NCBI RefSeq assembly: GCF_009914755.1
Contig: NC_060926.1
Length of the DNA: 64,000 nt
Source: the human T2T-CHM13v2.0 reference genome, Homo sapiens
Direction: 5' to 3' (one strand)
Shown here: positions 1 through 18,413 of the stretch, piece after piece
How the letters are laid out: the number at the start of each line of letters is the position of its first letter
How positions within the stretch are numbered: position 1 is the stretch's first letter
Translations under genes and position numbers: made by a program
The notes under the pieces: model-generated
The model's input: the letters and a program-made list of their open reading frames with translations, nothing else
Databases searched by the model: none
What the model was told of the DNA's origin: nothing

Positions 1-1147
1 AACTTTTTTGTTTTACCTGCAGTTGATGATTGCTTTCTATTTTTCACTTACTTCATTTTCTTTTTCTTGCATAACGTTTTTGTTTTGTCCAGAGTGAATA
101 ATCATCTGTATTTTACATTTATCTTTTTTGTCCTTGTCCTTAACTGATCCCCAAACTCCTCTCCTATTGCCGGCGCCCCTTCCTGTTGGTGTACATTTCC
201 TCTCATGGTGTTCCAGTACATTAGCTGTTCCATCCATTTCATTTTCCTGCAAAGTCTCCCTGGGAGCCCGTGACCTCCCAGCTGTCCTGGCCATTCTGGC
301 CCTGCTGCTCAGCCATCATGGAGTCTACTTTCATTGCTGGACTGGAGACTGTCCTCAGCTTTCCGTCCCATTGGACCTCTGTTTCCTGCAGCCCTGGCAG
401 GATGATGCCAGCCTTGATTATGTCATGCCCTTGATTTGGAAAAGCTCATTTCCTGAAGGGCTGGAAGGAAGGGTGAACGGGAGGGCAATCCGAGGGCCTG
501 CATGTCTGAAAACGTCAGACTTGTTTGGCTGGTGGTATAAGCTGAATTGTGTCCCCCTGCCTCCCAAGCTTGCATGTTGAAGTCCTAACCCCAGTGCTTC
601 CGAATGTGACTGTATTTAGAGATGGGGACTTTGAAGAGGTAATTAAGGTAAGATGAGGCTATTATGGTGGGACCTAATCTTGTCTAACTGGTGTCCTTAT
701 ATGAAGAGAAGATCAGGACACAGGCCATATAGAGGGATGATCTCATGGGGACACAGGGAGAAGGTGGCCCTCTACAAGCCAAGGAGAGAGGCTTCAGGAG
801 AAAGCAAACCTGCCAACACCTCAATCTTAGATGTCCATCCTCCAGAATTGTGAGAAAATAAATCTCTGTTTAAGCCAGTCTGCAATACTTTGTTACAGCA
901 GCCCTGGCAAACTTATACAGCGGTATAGAATTCTCTGATCAAAATGATTTTTCTATAGAATTTTGAAGATATTGCCATATGTATAGATATAGGTTTTTTT
1001 AAAACAGATTTTAGAATTACTAACAAGACTCTCTGGCATTGTGATTCCTGGATTATTACATCTAACCCAGGTCAACTTATTTTTATGTCTCTCCTGAAAG
1101 CTTATAGGATTTTCTGTTTGTCCTCAGTGCTCTGAAGTTTGAAATGT
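1..1147 (-). mobile_element. Ancient LINE fragment (HAL1/L1M-like), split by an MLT1B LTR
   Basis: Removing the LTR rejoins 'ttggctgg|tatagaattctc...ttttctatagaattttgaagatattgcc', typical of antisense old L1/HAL1 ORF1-region sequence. Confidence 0.55.
533..919 (+). mobile_element. MaLR solo LTR, MLT1B-like
   Basis: Starts 'tggtataagctgaattgtgtcccc', has the 'gaatgtgactgtatttagagat' motif, ends 'gcagccctggcaaacttataca'. Degenerate TSD gctgg/gcgg. Confidence 0.85.
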
Positions 1148-1441
1148 GGCTGGGCATAGTGGCTTACATCTGTAATCCCAGCACTTAGGGAGGCTGAGGC
1201 AGGAGGATCACTTGAGCCCAGAAGTTCGAGATCAGTCCAGGCAACATAGCAAGACCCTGTCTTTACAAAAAATCAAAACATAAGCGAGGCATGGTGTCTA
1301 GCCCTTTGTAGTCCCAGCTACACAGGAGGCTGAGGCAGGAGGATTATTTGAGCCCAGGAGTTCAAGGCCTCAGGGAGCCATGATCATGCCACTGCACTCC
1401 AGTGTGGGTGACAGAGTGATACCCTATCTCAAAAAAAAAAA
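1148..1441 (+). mobile_element. Alu, AluJ-type
   Basis: Dimeric Alu with J-type 'ggatcacttgagcccag' and 'ggcaacatagcaagaccc'. Poly-A tail. TSD ttgaaatgt at 1139-1147 and 1442-1450. Confidence 0.93.
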
Positions 1442-3403
1442 TTGAAATGTAATGATGTCAATCTCTTCTATCCCAAGTATTTTCAGTTTAAGTTTACTGC
1501 CTCCCACCCCAACCACCAAACTTTTCTCCCCTGGCTCAGTCCAGGCTGTGGAGAACCGTGTCTCTGGGAAACCGAGGCAGGGCTTCAGAGCTGGCAGGAG
1601 AGAGCCAGGGGGCCTCTCTTGCTAAGTGTGTCTGGCCCAGGCTGGGTGATTGCTGTCTCCCACTGGCATCTGATGGGACATCCAGGTCCTGCCTTGGTCT
1701 GTGGCGCCTGGCACTTGACACATACTCTGTGTCCTCTCTGCATGGGACCCTGAGGCCACACGTGTGCACCTGGCCATGCTGTTGCTTCTCTAGGCACAAG
1801 GCACTGAGGAGGCTGACTCAGGCCTTCTCTGTTGCCTCCTGGGGTCTCTACAGGAAATGTTCTCACAGCTCTGGGGGTGCCCTGAGCTTGTCTGGTGGTT
1901 GAGTCATGCCTACTTTTGCAGCTGAGCTGGAGGGCGGAGGGCTGAGGGACAGGAGGTCTTCAGTGACACCAGCTCTGTGGCTCCCAACCCCGCCCTCCTC
2001 CGCCCTAGCCCCGGGATCCCATCTGCTCTCTGTTGGGGAAAGAGCAGGTAAGGTGGTACCTTCTGTTCCATGGCTCATGTGGGAACCCTGTCTCTTGCTG
2101 GTCAGACCCCTCTTCTCCTGGGGTGGCATCTGTGCCCTGGGCTCAGGCATCTCTGGGACTCTACAGGAGGCTGCTGCATGGGCTGTCTGCCTCCTGCCTG
2201 CTCCTGGATGGCCTCAGCTCCTGGAGCTGCCCTCGTGGCTCAGCCCTCCCGGCTCACTGTCTTCCCGTGACTTCTCTCCGGCGCTGCTGCTTCTCTGACC
2301 TGCCCCTGCCACCCTCCCTCTGGTTCTCCTGCTCCAGGCAGTGCTCCTTGGCTTCCTTCAGCCACCTGACTGGCCTCAGGGCCCTTGCACCACTTCCCTT
2401 GCCTGGACGCTGCCCCTGTCATTCAGGTCCTCTGTGTCTTCACCAGAGGGGCCGCTCCTCTTCATGTCTCGAGAGTCTGTCTTCCCTTACCTTTGTAAGT
2501 GTGCTTATGGAAGAACGCAGGATGCTGAGAGTGCTTGACCCTCTGTGCTTTACTTCACGAGTGGTTTCACAGCCCCAGACTTGGCTTCCAAGGGCAGGAC
2601 CTCACTGCTCCGACGTGCAGCCTCCAGCCTGACTCCGTGACTTGTTTGGACGCGTGGCGCTTGGATTAGTGACTTTGAAGCAGAGCTTTGACTCATGCCA
2701 CCACTTTCTCTCTTCTGCTGCGAAAATCCTTCCCTGGGAGCATGACCCACACCAAGCCCCTAGGCTGCACCGCTTCCCAGCCAGGAAACCCACGCACATG
2801 TGCACAGGAGGCAGTGGGGCAGCATTCCTTTGGCAGAGAGCAGCTCCCTGAGTTTGTGCTCATTCGATCTCTGGAAATCACTCTATGCCAGGAGCTTTCC
2901 TGTCTGCTCTAAACCTCTGAACCAGGAGAGCCCCTGTCACCCTAAGCTAGGCCCTGCCTCTGAGCTCAGAGGCTTATCCTGGGAGGAGATGATTCCTGGG
3001 CCTGCCCGATGTCCTCGCTGGATGCCTCATCTCCTGATCTCCCGTGTCTCTTCCCAGGCCTGCTCTCCACTTATGCCTCAACACAGGCATAGCTCAGTCA
3101 CTCCACCTGTTTTGACACCCCTCACACCCGCCCCAAGCCCCATGCATCCTCACTGGTGGCTCCTCCTCTGCCCAGACTCCATTCTCCCTTTCCTGAAGTT
3201 AGGCTCAGACCCTGGGTGCAGAGTAGGGGTCACGCTCACACATGATGTAATTTGTGGGAGATGAAAAAACAACTGTCTCTACAATGCATGCGATATAAAT
3301 CAAGAAAAGTGGCAAAACCCTTAAATTCTTCATCATTTTCATGGGCCAAATAGAGATGAAAGCTGTCTAAGATTAAGGGTTTAACTGATTTAAAAAATTT
3401 TGC

Positions 3404-3827
<424 letters not shown>

Positions 3828-3929
3828 TTAGCAAAGCGACCCCACTGCTCTAGGCCGTGCCCAGGACAATCCCACCGACCCCTCATCCTCTCGCCCCACC
3901 CGGCTGGCCATGAAGAATTCCAAGAGGGC

Positions 3930-4550
3930 AGCAGAGTGCCCAGATTGCACTGCAGCCCTCAGACCTTGGCCACCCCATGTGCTCAGTTGGGCTTTTGTTC
4001 ACCAGTACCTGAGGACTTGCCCTGGAGCCACACTGGCTGCTCTGTCCTCTGTGTAGGACCCACAAGAATACCGGAAATTAACATTCCTCAAAGCTGTCCT
4101 CAACCAAGGACACTCAGGAGTTTGTGTGCAAATCTGCCAGCTCCCTCTCTGGGCAGGGATGACTCTGAGGTGTGTGTTCTGCATGTTCCCCAGAGTTTTC
4201 CTATGGAATGAAGGCTGCCTGAGCTGGTAAATGGTTATCAGCTGGCTCTCTGCGGGGAGGAACCTGACTTGTAGTGTTCACTGACTGCTGTGGTCTAAAA
4301 ACTCCCACCAAGGCCAATTTCAGCCACTCTTGTGACGTCACTGAAGGTGGAGCTGGGAGGAGATGCCTCCACCGTCAGCTCTTGCTGGCAGGTGCCTGCC
4401 TGCTCCAGCACTCCAGGGATCACGCTGTCCTCCATCTTTCCTGCCTTCTCTTTCCTGTCTTCCTCTACCTCCCTCCTGCTGGGATCCTTGCACCTCTCAA
4501 ATAAACTACCTCCACTTGAATCCTCGCCTGGGGCCTGCTTCTGAAGGAGC
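3930..4550 (+). mobile_element. ERVL LTR (LTR16-like), interrupted by MER63A
   Basis: 3' end 'caaataaactacctccacttgaatcctcgcctggggcctgcttctg' and internal 'gggatgactctgaggtgtgtgttctgca' match the LTR16 family. Confidence 0.65.
4218..4416 (-). mobile_element. MER63A-like hAT DNA transposon
   Basis: 'gctggtaaatggttatcagctggctctc...actcccaccaaggccaatttcagc...gacgtcactgaa...ctccagcactcc' matches the reverse complement of MER63A. Confidence 0.75.
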
Positions 4551-4564
4551 ACGCTCTGAGACAG

Positions 4565-4720
4565 TGAAAGGTCTAGAAGGGACCGCAGAGATCATTCATT
4601 TTGTGGATGGGGAAGCCCCCGCCCAGAGAAGGGAAGCAACTTCCCAGGGTCCCAGCTGGGCTGCAACAGATGCAGCTTTGGAACTCCCGTTCCCTGACCA
4701 CCAGGCCTGGGCTTGTCCTT
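4565..4720 (-). mobile_element. MIR SINE fragment
   Basis: 'cattttgtggatggggaag...cccagagaagggaagcaacttcccagggtc' is the antisense MIR core. Confidence 0.65.
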
Positions 4721-5582
4721 GATTGCGCCTCCTCTACAGCTTTATGCCTGAAAGCCGTCCCAGCTGCATGGAGACTGGGGTCACATATGGCCAGAAGGCT
4801 GGGGAGAGCATTGTTCTCCGTGTCCGGGGGACAGGCCTTCTGCAAGTGAGGTGCTGAGGAGCCCTGCAGCCCTGGGTCCTGGCAGGACAGTGGGAGGGGA
4901 AGAGTGAGCTTGGGGTAAGGCAGCTAGGGTTCAGGATTCTCATTGGATCATTTCTAGGGTGAGCCCGGATACATCACTTTCATACCTGCAGCCCGCCCAT
5001 CTATATACAGTAGTGGCAGTGATGCTGCCCAAAGAGCCTTCCTAGACCCCCACTTAGTGCCCAGCACATGCTGATCCTCAGGGAGTGGTGAGGATGAGAA
5101 CGGTGAGGAGGATGCCAAAGAGATCAATCACAGAATATCCTCTAAGACTCGGCCTCATCATCTGCAAAATGGGAGTATTGCATATGTCAGCAGACCGGGC
5201 TGGCTGACAGGCACGGGTGAGCCAGTGTGAGTGAGCAGATGAAGGAGTGAAGTGGGGGCCTGCACTGCAGGCAACCAGGGGTCGCCACGACGCTGCCTTG
5301 TCCTGCGTCCTCTGGGGTCCAGGGCTCTTATGAGTCACTTTGGAGGCAAAAAACATCCCATCACATTTGTGGTCCTGAGCACTCAACCCCCTGGCTCCTC
5401 TCATGAGAAATGGGTCAACCACAGAGCTGCCATGGCTAGAAGTGGGTGCCAGGCTGTGGGCTGATCATTGTATGGAAAATGCAGATCATTGCTTTGCCAG
5501 AATAAAGGGGGCAGGGTGTGGGGTGGGGGGTTAAATTGGATCTTTGTCCTGCACATTTGGAGATAATAAAACTATATATTTA

Positions 5583-6335
<753 letters not shown>

Positions 6336-6639
6336 TCACACCCACCCTGGATGGTGATGAGGATGCAGGATCCACAGGGGAAAGCTCAAAGTCCAGTGCC
6401 TGACCCTGGCACAGGGTGGGCATGGGGCACTCACTAGTTCCCTTCTCTTCCTGTCTCACCACCCACTGTTTTTATTGAGCAGCTGTTGTGTGCACATTTG
6501 TTATAGGCCTGGTCCCTGGTCCCCAGGGACTCTGATTTCTCCTGGGCCCCTTTGAAAAAGAGTGTGAGGTAATGCTGACAGTAACCCACCTGCAGGAGTG
6601 GGTCCTACCCGTTGGCCACCATTCCAAGTGTCCATACGA

Positions 6640-6795
6640 TAACTTTATCCAGCCTTACCAGGAGTCTTCTCCCCACTTTACAAGTGAGGAAATTGAGGCA
6701 CGGAGAGATTAAGTAACCTACCTTAGGCTCCAAATCCGGAGTGGTAGAGCTAGGATTTGAACCCAGGGCCCACTGTCATAACTCCTGTGCTCTGC
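6640..6795 (-). mobile_element. MIR SINE
   Basis: 'actttacaagtgaggaaattgaggcacggagagattaagtaacc...ggatttgaacccagg'. Confidence 0.8.
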
Positions 6796-7651
6796 CTTAT
6801 CCAACATGCATGGTCCTTACATGAACAGAAGAGAGCATGGGAAGGCTAAGGATACCTGGGAAGCCCTCCTGAGGCCGGGTGGATGGGGTTTAGGTTGGCC
6901 GTGGGGCTGACTTTGGAGGGTGCTGTGGCATTTTTCACAAAAATAGAAAAACCAAATCTAAAATTCATAGGAAACCATCAAAGACCCAAAATCGCCAAGA
7001 CAATCTTGAGCAAGAAGAATGAAGCTGGAGGCATGATGCTTCCTGGTTTAGAAGTATACTACAGAGCAATAGTAATCAAAGGAGTGTGGTAGTGCTGTAA
7101 AAACAAATATAGAGACCAGTAGAACAGAATAGAGAGCGCAGGAGTAAATCCATACATTTATAACAGACTGATCTTCAACAACGATGCCAAGAATGCACTG
7201 TGGTGTAAGGATTGTGTCTTCAGTAAACGGTGTTGGGGAAACTGGATATTCACATACACAGCAATGAAAGTGAAACTTTGTCTCAGCCTATGTACAAAAA
7301 TCAACTCAAAATGGATTGAAAACTTAAACTTAAGACCTGAATCCATAAAACTGCTAGAAGCAAACAAAAAATCTTCTTGACATTGGTTTGGGTAGTGTTA
7401 TTTTGAATACAACCTCCCAAAGCACAGGCAACTGAAGCAAAAATAGACAAATGGGATTGTCTATTTTTTTTTTATAGAAACTAAAAAGCTTCTGTACAGC
7501 AAAGGAAAAAAAATCAACAGGGTAAAGAGACAACCTACAGTATGGGAGGATATATTTACAAACCATACATCCGATAAGGGGTTAATATGAAAAATATATA
7601 CAAACTCAAACACTCAATAATGAGAAGACAGTCTGATTAAAAATGGGCAAA

Positions 7652-7938
<287 letters not shown>

Positions 7939-8383
7939 AAACGGGCAAATGACTTAAATTGACATTTTTTTCCAAAGGATACATACAAATGGCCAACAGG
8001 TACTTGAAAAGGGGCTCAATGTCACTAATCATCAGGGAAATGCAAATCAAAACCTCAATGAAATATCACCTCACACTGGTTAGAATGGCTAACTACAACA
8101 ACTACAAAACCTCCAAAGATAACAAGTATTGGTGAGGATGTGGAGAAAAGGGAACCCTTGTTCACTGTTGATGGGAATGTAAATTGGCACAGCCACTAAG
8201 AGATATAATATGGAGGTACCTCAAAAAATTAAAAATGAAACTAATATATGATCTAGCAATTCTACTTCTGGGTATATAGCCAAATAAAATAAAGTTAGTT
8301 TCTCAAAGAGATATCTTCAGTCCTGTGTTCACTGCGGTATTTTCACAATAGCCAAGATATGAAATCAGCCTAAGCACATGTTA

Positions 8384-8440
8384 CATATATAAGAGATATA
8401 TATATATATTTTTATTTATTTATGTACCTACACACCCCCC

Positions 8441-8477
<37 letters not shown>
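8384..8477 (+). repeat. (TA)n and (CA)n microsatellites inside L1
   Basis: Direct runs of tatata and cacaca. Confidence 0.9.
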
Positions 8478-8481
<4 letters not shown>

Positions 8482-8889
8482 TGGAATAGTATTTATCCTT
8501 AGAAAGAAGAAATTCTGTCATTTGCAATAACATGGATGAACCAGGAGGACATTAAGTGAAATAAGTCAGGCACAGAAAGACAAACACTGCATGATTCGCT
8601 TAAATGCGGAATCTAAGAAAGTCAAACTCATAGAGGCAGAGAGGAGAATGGTTGTTTTCAGGGACTGGGGGATGGAGGGAACCAGAAGATGCTAGTCAAA
8701 GAGTATAAAGTTTCAGATATTCAGGATGTATAAGTTCTGGATGTCTCATGTATAGCATGGTAACTAAAGTTGATAATGCTGCATTTCATACTTGAAATTT
8801 GCTATGAGAGTAGATGTTAAATGTTTTCACTACAAAAAAAAGATAACTAAAAAAATTTTGCTGTGCCACAGAAACCAGAATAAAAAGAA

Positions 8890-9073
8890 TAATTGCTGTA
8901 TGTTTTAATTTATATACAGTTGTAGAAAACGCAAAGGAATTTATAGTGATAGAAATCTCAGTGGTTGCCTTGGGACTGGGAGGGGGTGAGAGCCAGGGGC
9001 ATGTGGAAGATTTTGGGGACAATGGATGTGTTCATCATCTTGATTGTGATGGTGGTGTTTCACAGGGGTATAG
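8890..9073 (+). mobile_element. Old L1 (L1MC/ME) 3' fragment
   Basis: 'tatagtgatagaaatctcagtggttgcct...tcttgattgtgatggtggtgtttcacagggg'. Confidence 0.7.
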
Positions 9074-9645
9074 TGAAGGATACCAAGATATTTCACCCCA
9101 AGATACATTTCTTTGGTGTATTTTGAGATGGCCATTCAGAGGGCCTGCAGACAGAAGTAGCCCTGCAAAGCTGTCTTTTGGGGGGAGATTTGCATCTGTG
9201 CAGAAAACCTGCACTGATGCAGCCGACTTTATTTGAGGTCTTCCTTTGTCCTGTCTAGGAATGGTTAACCAGGAGTCTGACACCCTTAAAGGCCACCCCT
9301 TAGAGGTGTTAAATAAACATTTAGCATCTGTTCTATCTGAGGGCTGCAGCCTGTGAGTTCTCATCTACACAACAAGACCACCTCTGGTAGCCAGGCCTCC
9401 TCTTCTCCCCCTTCCATTACCTGTTCTTGGCCATGGTTGGAGCCCCCATTCTTTCTGTAACCTCAAGATGGTATAAAAGCATCAGCATCAACCATGTGGC
9501 TGTTTCTTTGAGTTCTTGTATTTTGTGTGACTCCCATGCATGTTAATATATTTGTATGCCTTTTCTCCTATTAATATGCCATTTGTCAGTGGCTTTTCAG
9601 TGAACCTTCAGAGAGTGAAGGGGCAGTTTCTACTTGGCTTCTACA
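9074..9645 (+). mobile_element. ERV1 solo LTR, MER34/MER39-like
   Basis: Starts 'tgaaggataccaagatatttcacccc', ends 'gaaccttcagagagtgaaggggcagtttctacttggcttctaca' (TG...CA). Confidence 0.8.
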
Positions 9646-9895
9646 AAGGATATGTTAAACTTGTCACCAGACTTCCTAAATCCAGAGGCAATTACGTTTA
9701 TAACCTTTCAGCTTCTTTTATTTTGCTAATATTTACACATCTCTCTCTTCCTCAATAATGTTCTTATACTGTTATACACACACATATTTGATCAGTTTAG
9801 GCTTTATCTGTAGACTTACTCTGGTGGACGTTGAGGATTTGATCTCTCTTACACCTGCACTCTTTTTCATCCACACCCTCCCTGTTTCCCTAGTA

Positions 9896-11185
<1,290 letters not shown>

Positions 11186-11898
11186 TTTCAGAGTGATGCT
11201 CCCTTGCCACTGGGCTCTCTTGGATGTGGCACTCAGTGCCAGGATGAACCTATTGAGTTCCTTCGACTCCAGAGGTTTCCCTGGGTACAAAGAGTGAGTC
11301 CTCTTGAATTCAGACCTCACTTCCTTTAAGTTGAGGTCTAGATTTTGTTTTCAAATCCTCTCTTTCTTTTAAAAGTGAGGGCTTTCATCTCTGTCTCTGG
11401 ACAGGAGATTTGGTTAAAGAGCTCTACAGAGAACTTCTGGCTTTTCTGCCTCTACTTCATGGCAAAATATTTGGGTTCCAGCATTGGTAGTCTAGTGTAA
11501 GTTGTTTCATTTTATTTTTTGGCCTAAAATTACATAGCACCCTTTAAAAATTGCAGCTGCTTCCTATTATTTGTAATTTGGACTTGTATTTCAATTTAAT
11601 CCATTCCTGCTGGTTTTAAACTGAAAAGAACATGTAAGTGAGTTCTCCCACCCAAAAGTTAAGAGACACTCCCTCCCTCCATACCGACTGGGGACTCTAG
11701 GTGACTAGAGACTTTATGGAGGTGTTGAAATGTTCGTCCATGATACGTAGCAGCCTTATAGGACCTCCCTTCAAGAAAAATATCTGCAGGGATTTTTGGC
11801 TTAGCCAGAAGGTGCACATAAGGGCTGGTCACCTGGCACCTTGAGTGCTCTGCTGCCGAAAAGTGATGAGAGATTCCGAGACATGTAAAAGAGTGAAT

Positions 11899-12156
<258 letters not shown>

Positions 12157-12226
12157 TCACAGAGCAGCACACTTCAGCCTACTACATCGTTCCAGCCTTG
12201 GTCACTTTTGAAAGGGAATTTCTAAA

Positions 12227-12480
12227 ATGGTGGGAAACTGATTGTCAAAGCTGAGCTTTCCCTTAAGGATCATCCCCCAGCCCTCGGAAATACCCGCTGT
12301 ATTTGTGTATAACACCCGTGGAGCTCCACCTTGGACTTACACAACTCAAGATCATCCCAAGTAGCAATGGCCAAATTGGGGGTCTTTTGAAATTTCTAAA
12401 TTAATATATTTGCACACACAATGGGAAAATGCAGGTTTTAGAACCAGACAAATGAATAGAAAGCCTACTTTCTGATTGCC
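12227..12480 (+). pseudogene. Decayed ERV gag N-terminal (matrix) remnant
   Basis: After the leader: 'atggtgggaaac...' followed by 'caatggccaaattgggggtcttttgaa', a QWP-WGSF-like matrix motif. Stops and frameshifts present. Confidence 0.5.
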
Positions 12481-12717
12481 CTGAGTGAAATCTGGTAATA
12501 AGAGATTTGAAAGGATTTTTTAATGAGCTGTATGGTCAGAGTAGGCTTAATTAAAAGCTGATTTTCAAACTATAATTTTTTTCCTGTCTTCCTTTTCTCT
12601 TTTGGATACTGTTTCTGGGAATTGTTTTTTAGTTGACAGAATCCGCTTTTCAAATATGTCTGGTCCCTCTGTTTGCTTCCTTTCTTGTTGGCATGATTTT
12701 TGCTGACGAAAATGTAA

Positions 12718-13096
<379 letters not shown>

Positions 13097-14922
13097 TAGA
13101 TACCACGTGAAGAAATCTAGAGGAGACTTCCAACAGCCCTGGGCCCTCTTGAGGAACACAGGAAAAGGCACCACAGCCCCTTTGTGAGGCCTTTTACTTT
13201 CCTTGTGGAGTCCCAAGAGTAGCGGGTATGCCCCTCTCAGGGCTGAAACTCTGCTCTCTTTTGCATTGAGTTACCCGATCTCTTTGGCTTTGTAGGCACC
13301 AGGGGTTCCATTGTACTGTGAGAGGGAAGGTGACCTTTGTGTGTGTGACGGCTGGTGAGTCAGATGTGAGAGCTGCAGCTTTGGAGGTGGCCGCAGCAGT
13401 TGCAATGAGTGTATTTATTTCAGGCATGACTCGTTTCTTTGTGTGTTTAGATAAGAAAAGTGTGGTTTGGATACTTGCACGTGGTGGGAACACCCACCAC
13501 CGAGGGATAGGATTCCCATGGGGGCTGGGCTGATGGCAGAGGGGGCTGGTTGCTGTTGGATTGCCCAGCAGTCTCTGGCGAATGTCTTGTAGTGAGGCGC
13601 TCTAAGAAAGTGTTGCAGGGCCTGGTCCCATCACGTTTTCCTCATTTGCGGAAAATGGGATTCAATGTAAAAGTGGGATCCTTGATTTCTGAAGATCTAG
13701 ATGCTCTGCCTTTCAGCTGGGCCTGCTTTTCACATCTGTAAGTATTAGGCCCTGGAAGCTACAAATGCTTTGTGGGCTCTGTTCATTAATGAGCTCTGCC
13801 CTGAGCTCAGTGGCCCAGTTGGAAAACAAAGACCAAATTAGAAGCTACCTATCTAAATAAAATTGGGCTCCTTGTCAATCCTGTGGTGAATTCCTATGGT
13901 TTTGTGTTACTGTGGGATTTCTTCTTAATCTTTCTCTGACAAAACCAAAACCCTTCTTGAAAATGTAAATTCTTTCTCTGTGTTTCAAGATGTTAATTTG
14001 CTACCCTGTTTTCTCCAAAACCAGTAAGGGCTTCAGCCATGTGGGACAGATAAACTTTAATTTGTTCCATTTACAGAGGCACAGTTTAATCCAAGTGTCC
14101 TTTTAAACTAGTGAGTTTTACTTGTCTCATGGCTAAAATTTTAAAGTCCAAGCTGTAAAATTTTTGTGCCTATCTCTGTTTTTATGTTTACATGTGTACA
14201 TGTCTGTGCGTATGTTGTCTGTGTGGTACCAAATTGACTTATAAGTGCATGAGTACTCACAAATTGCGTGCCCAAATGCTTTCAAGTTTACATGACTTTA
14301 GCAATCTTTGGTAAATAAAGCTAGCTTAAAAATTGTTGGTAAAACAAAATAGAAATGTCTTCAGAATTTTAGACATTTTTTTTGACCAAGTCTACTGGCG
14401 AACAAATACATACTGTCTCTGCTAGATGTTTTAAGGTCATAAAACTGTTGCTTCTGTGATACTTTTGATGCTTGTGTGATTTTTCTGTAAGCTAAAGCTG
14501 TGAGGGCAGGTGGCTGGGCTTCCTTGGAGTCTTGTGCACATCTTACTGTGAGCTTACATCTTTGGTGTTGAGCCTTTAGATTCTGCGGTCTAGGAGGTGG
14601 CCGTGGTGAGAACTGAAGTCTCATGGATGTTCACAGTGTCTAGGCCACCAGCTGTGGGGCAGAGCCAAGCCCAACACATCTTGCTGGCTTCTGCCTCCCA
14701 GTCATGCTGGGAGGGATCAGGTCCTGCAGGCATTGTCTTCACAGCTCTGTCCTCTGTCCTGGGCTCTGTACCTGATACATAACAATTAAAATTACTTACT
14801 TTCTTGGTTTTTCACCAGAAATTATGGTTGCCAAGAGTTAAGATTGTAGTTTATATATATAATTAAAACTATTAGATGTAAGAAAAACAATTCTATAAGC
14901 AGAATGTATATGAAAAGTAGGA

Positions 14923-15306
<384 letters not shown>

Positions 15307-15599
15307 TTAAATAAAAGGTATTTTTGCCTAGTTATTTAAAGGTTGCTTTAAATGGAAGATTTATGGAAATCTTATTTTGTGGTCAAAGCTGATTAGATAA
15401 ATCTGTTTATGAGGTTTATTAAAATTAGGTTTAATATTAGTAATACACTAATACAAAGGTTGAATTTGTTTTTTCTTTTGAGTAAGATTCTTTTATAGTA
15501 TTAATAAGAGATAGTAAAAGATTTTTGTTCACCTTTCGAGTAAACTGAAAACAAAAAGACCAAATTTCTTTGCCAATTGCATCTTTAACCAGGGCCACG

Positions 15600-16500
<901 letters not shown>

Positions 16501-17027
16501 CATCTTCCATCACTGAGATCTCCAACTGAAGCTGGCCCACAGCCAGGTGCCTTGTGCTTCAGAGCAGGATGAGAAGTGGAAACTTGGTTAGAAAAAATCA
16601 CTCAAAGGGCAAGATGGCTGCAATACATTGGAAAAACAGACCCCTTACAGCATTTGACTGAGTACCTTCAGGAAAAGGAACACTTGCAGGTCTGGATTTC
16701 AAATGATTTTGTTAATATTTGTTCTTAGTTGCGTATTTTTGATCCTTAAATTGATCATGCCTTGTATTTCTAGATGTCTAAAGGCAACAACAAAAACTAA
16801 AATCATTATGGCTGGATGCTTAGAAATGATCCAACACACCACTGTTCCTTTGTATGCAATAGCCTGACTGAGATCTCACTGCTCTGTCCCGTTGTGTTGC
16901 CAGTCAACTTGGCCTTGAGAACTCACTAAGTTCTTAAGCCATAGTACCTCTCCCGTTTCCCTCTGACATGGGATGAAATTACTTGGGAATGAGCCTCCTC
17001 AGTGACATGGGACAAACTTACATTTAA

Positions 17028-17402
<375 letters not shown>

Positions 17403-17449
17403 TTCATCAATGCTTTTATAAGAGAAAGATCTCAGTCAAAAGGGGAAAA

Positions 17450-18241
<792 letters not shown>

Positions 18242-18251
18242 TAGGTTGACA

Positions 18252-18411
18252 TTGTCAATCTCTTATTGTGCCTAATTTATAAATTAAAGTTTATCATAGG
18301 TATATATGTATACAAAAGAACAGAATGTGTAGGGTTCAGTATCATCTGCAGTTTCAGGCATCCACTGGGGGGTCTTGGAACGTATACCTGGTGGATAAGC
18401 TGGGACTACTA
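18252..18411 (+). mobile_element. MER44 right part
   Basis: 'aatctcttattgtgcctaatttataaattaaag...ggcatccactggggggtcttggaacgtat...ggataagctgggactacta', followed by TA. Confidence 0.85.
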
Positions 18412-18413
18412 TA

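Noticed and set aside
2033-2632. 199-aa ORF and neighbouring ORFs in GC-rich sequence
   Set aside because: Overlapping ORFs in many frames with random composition, no exon structure and no protein family signal.
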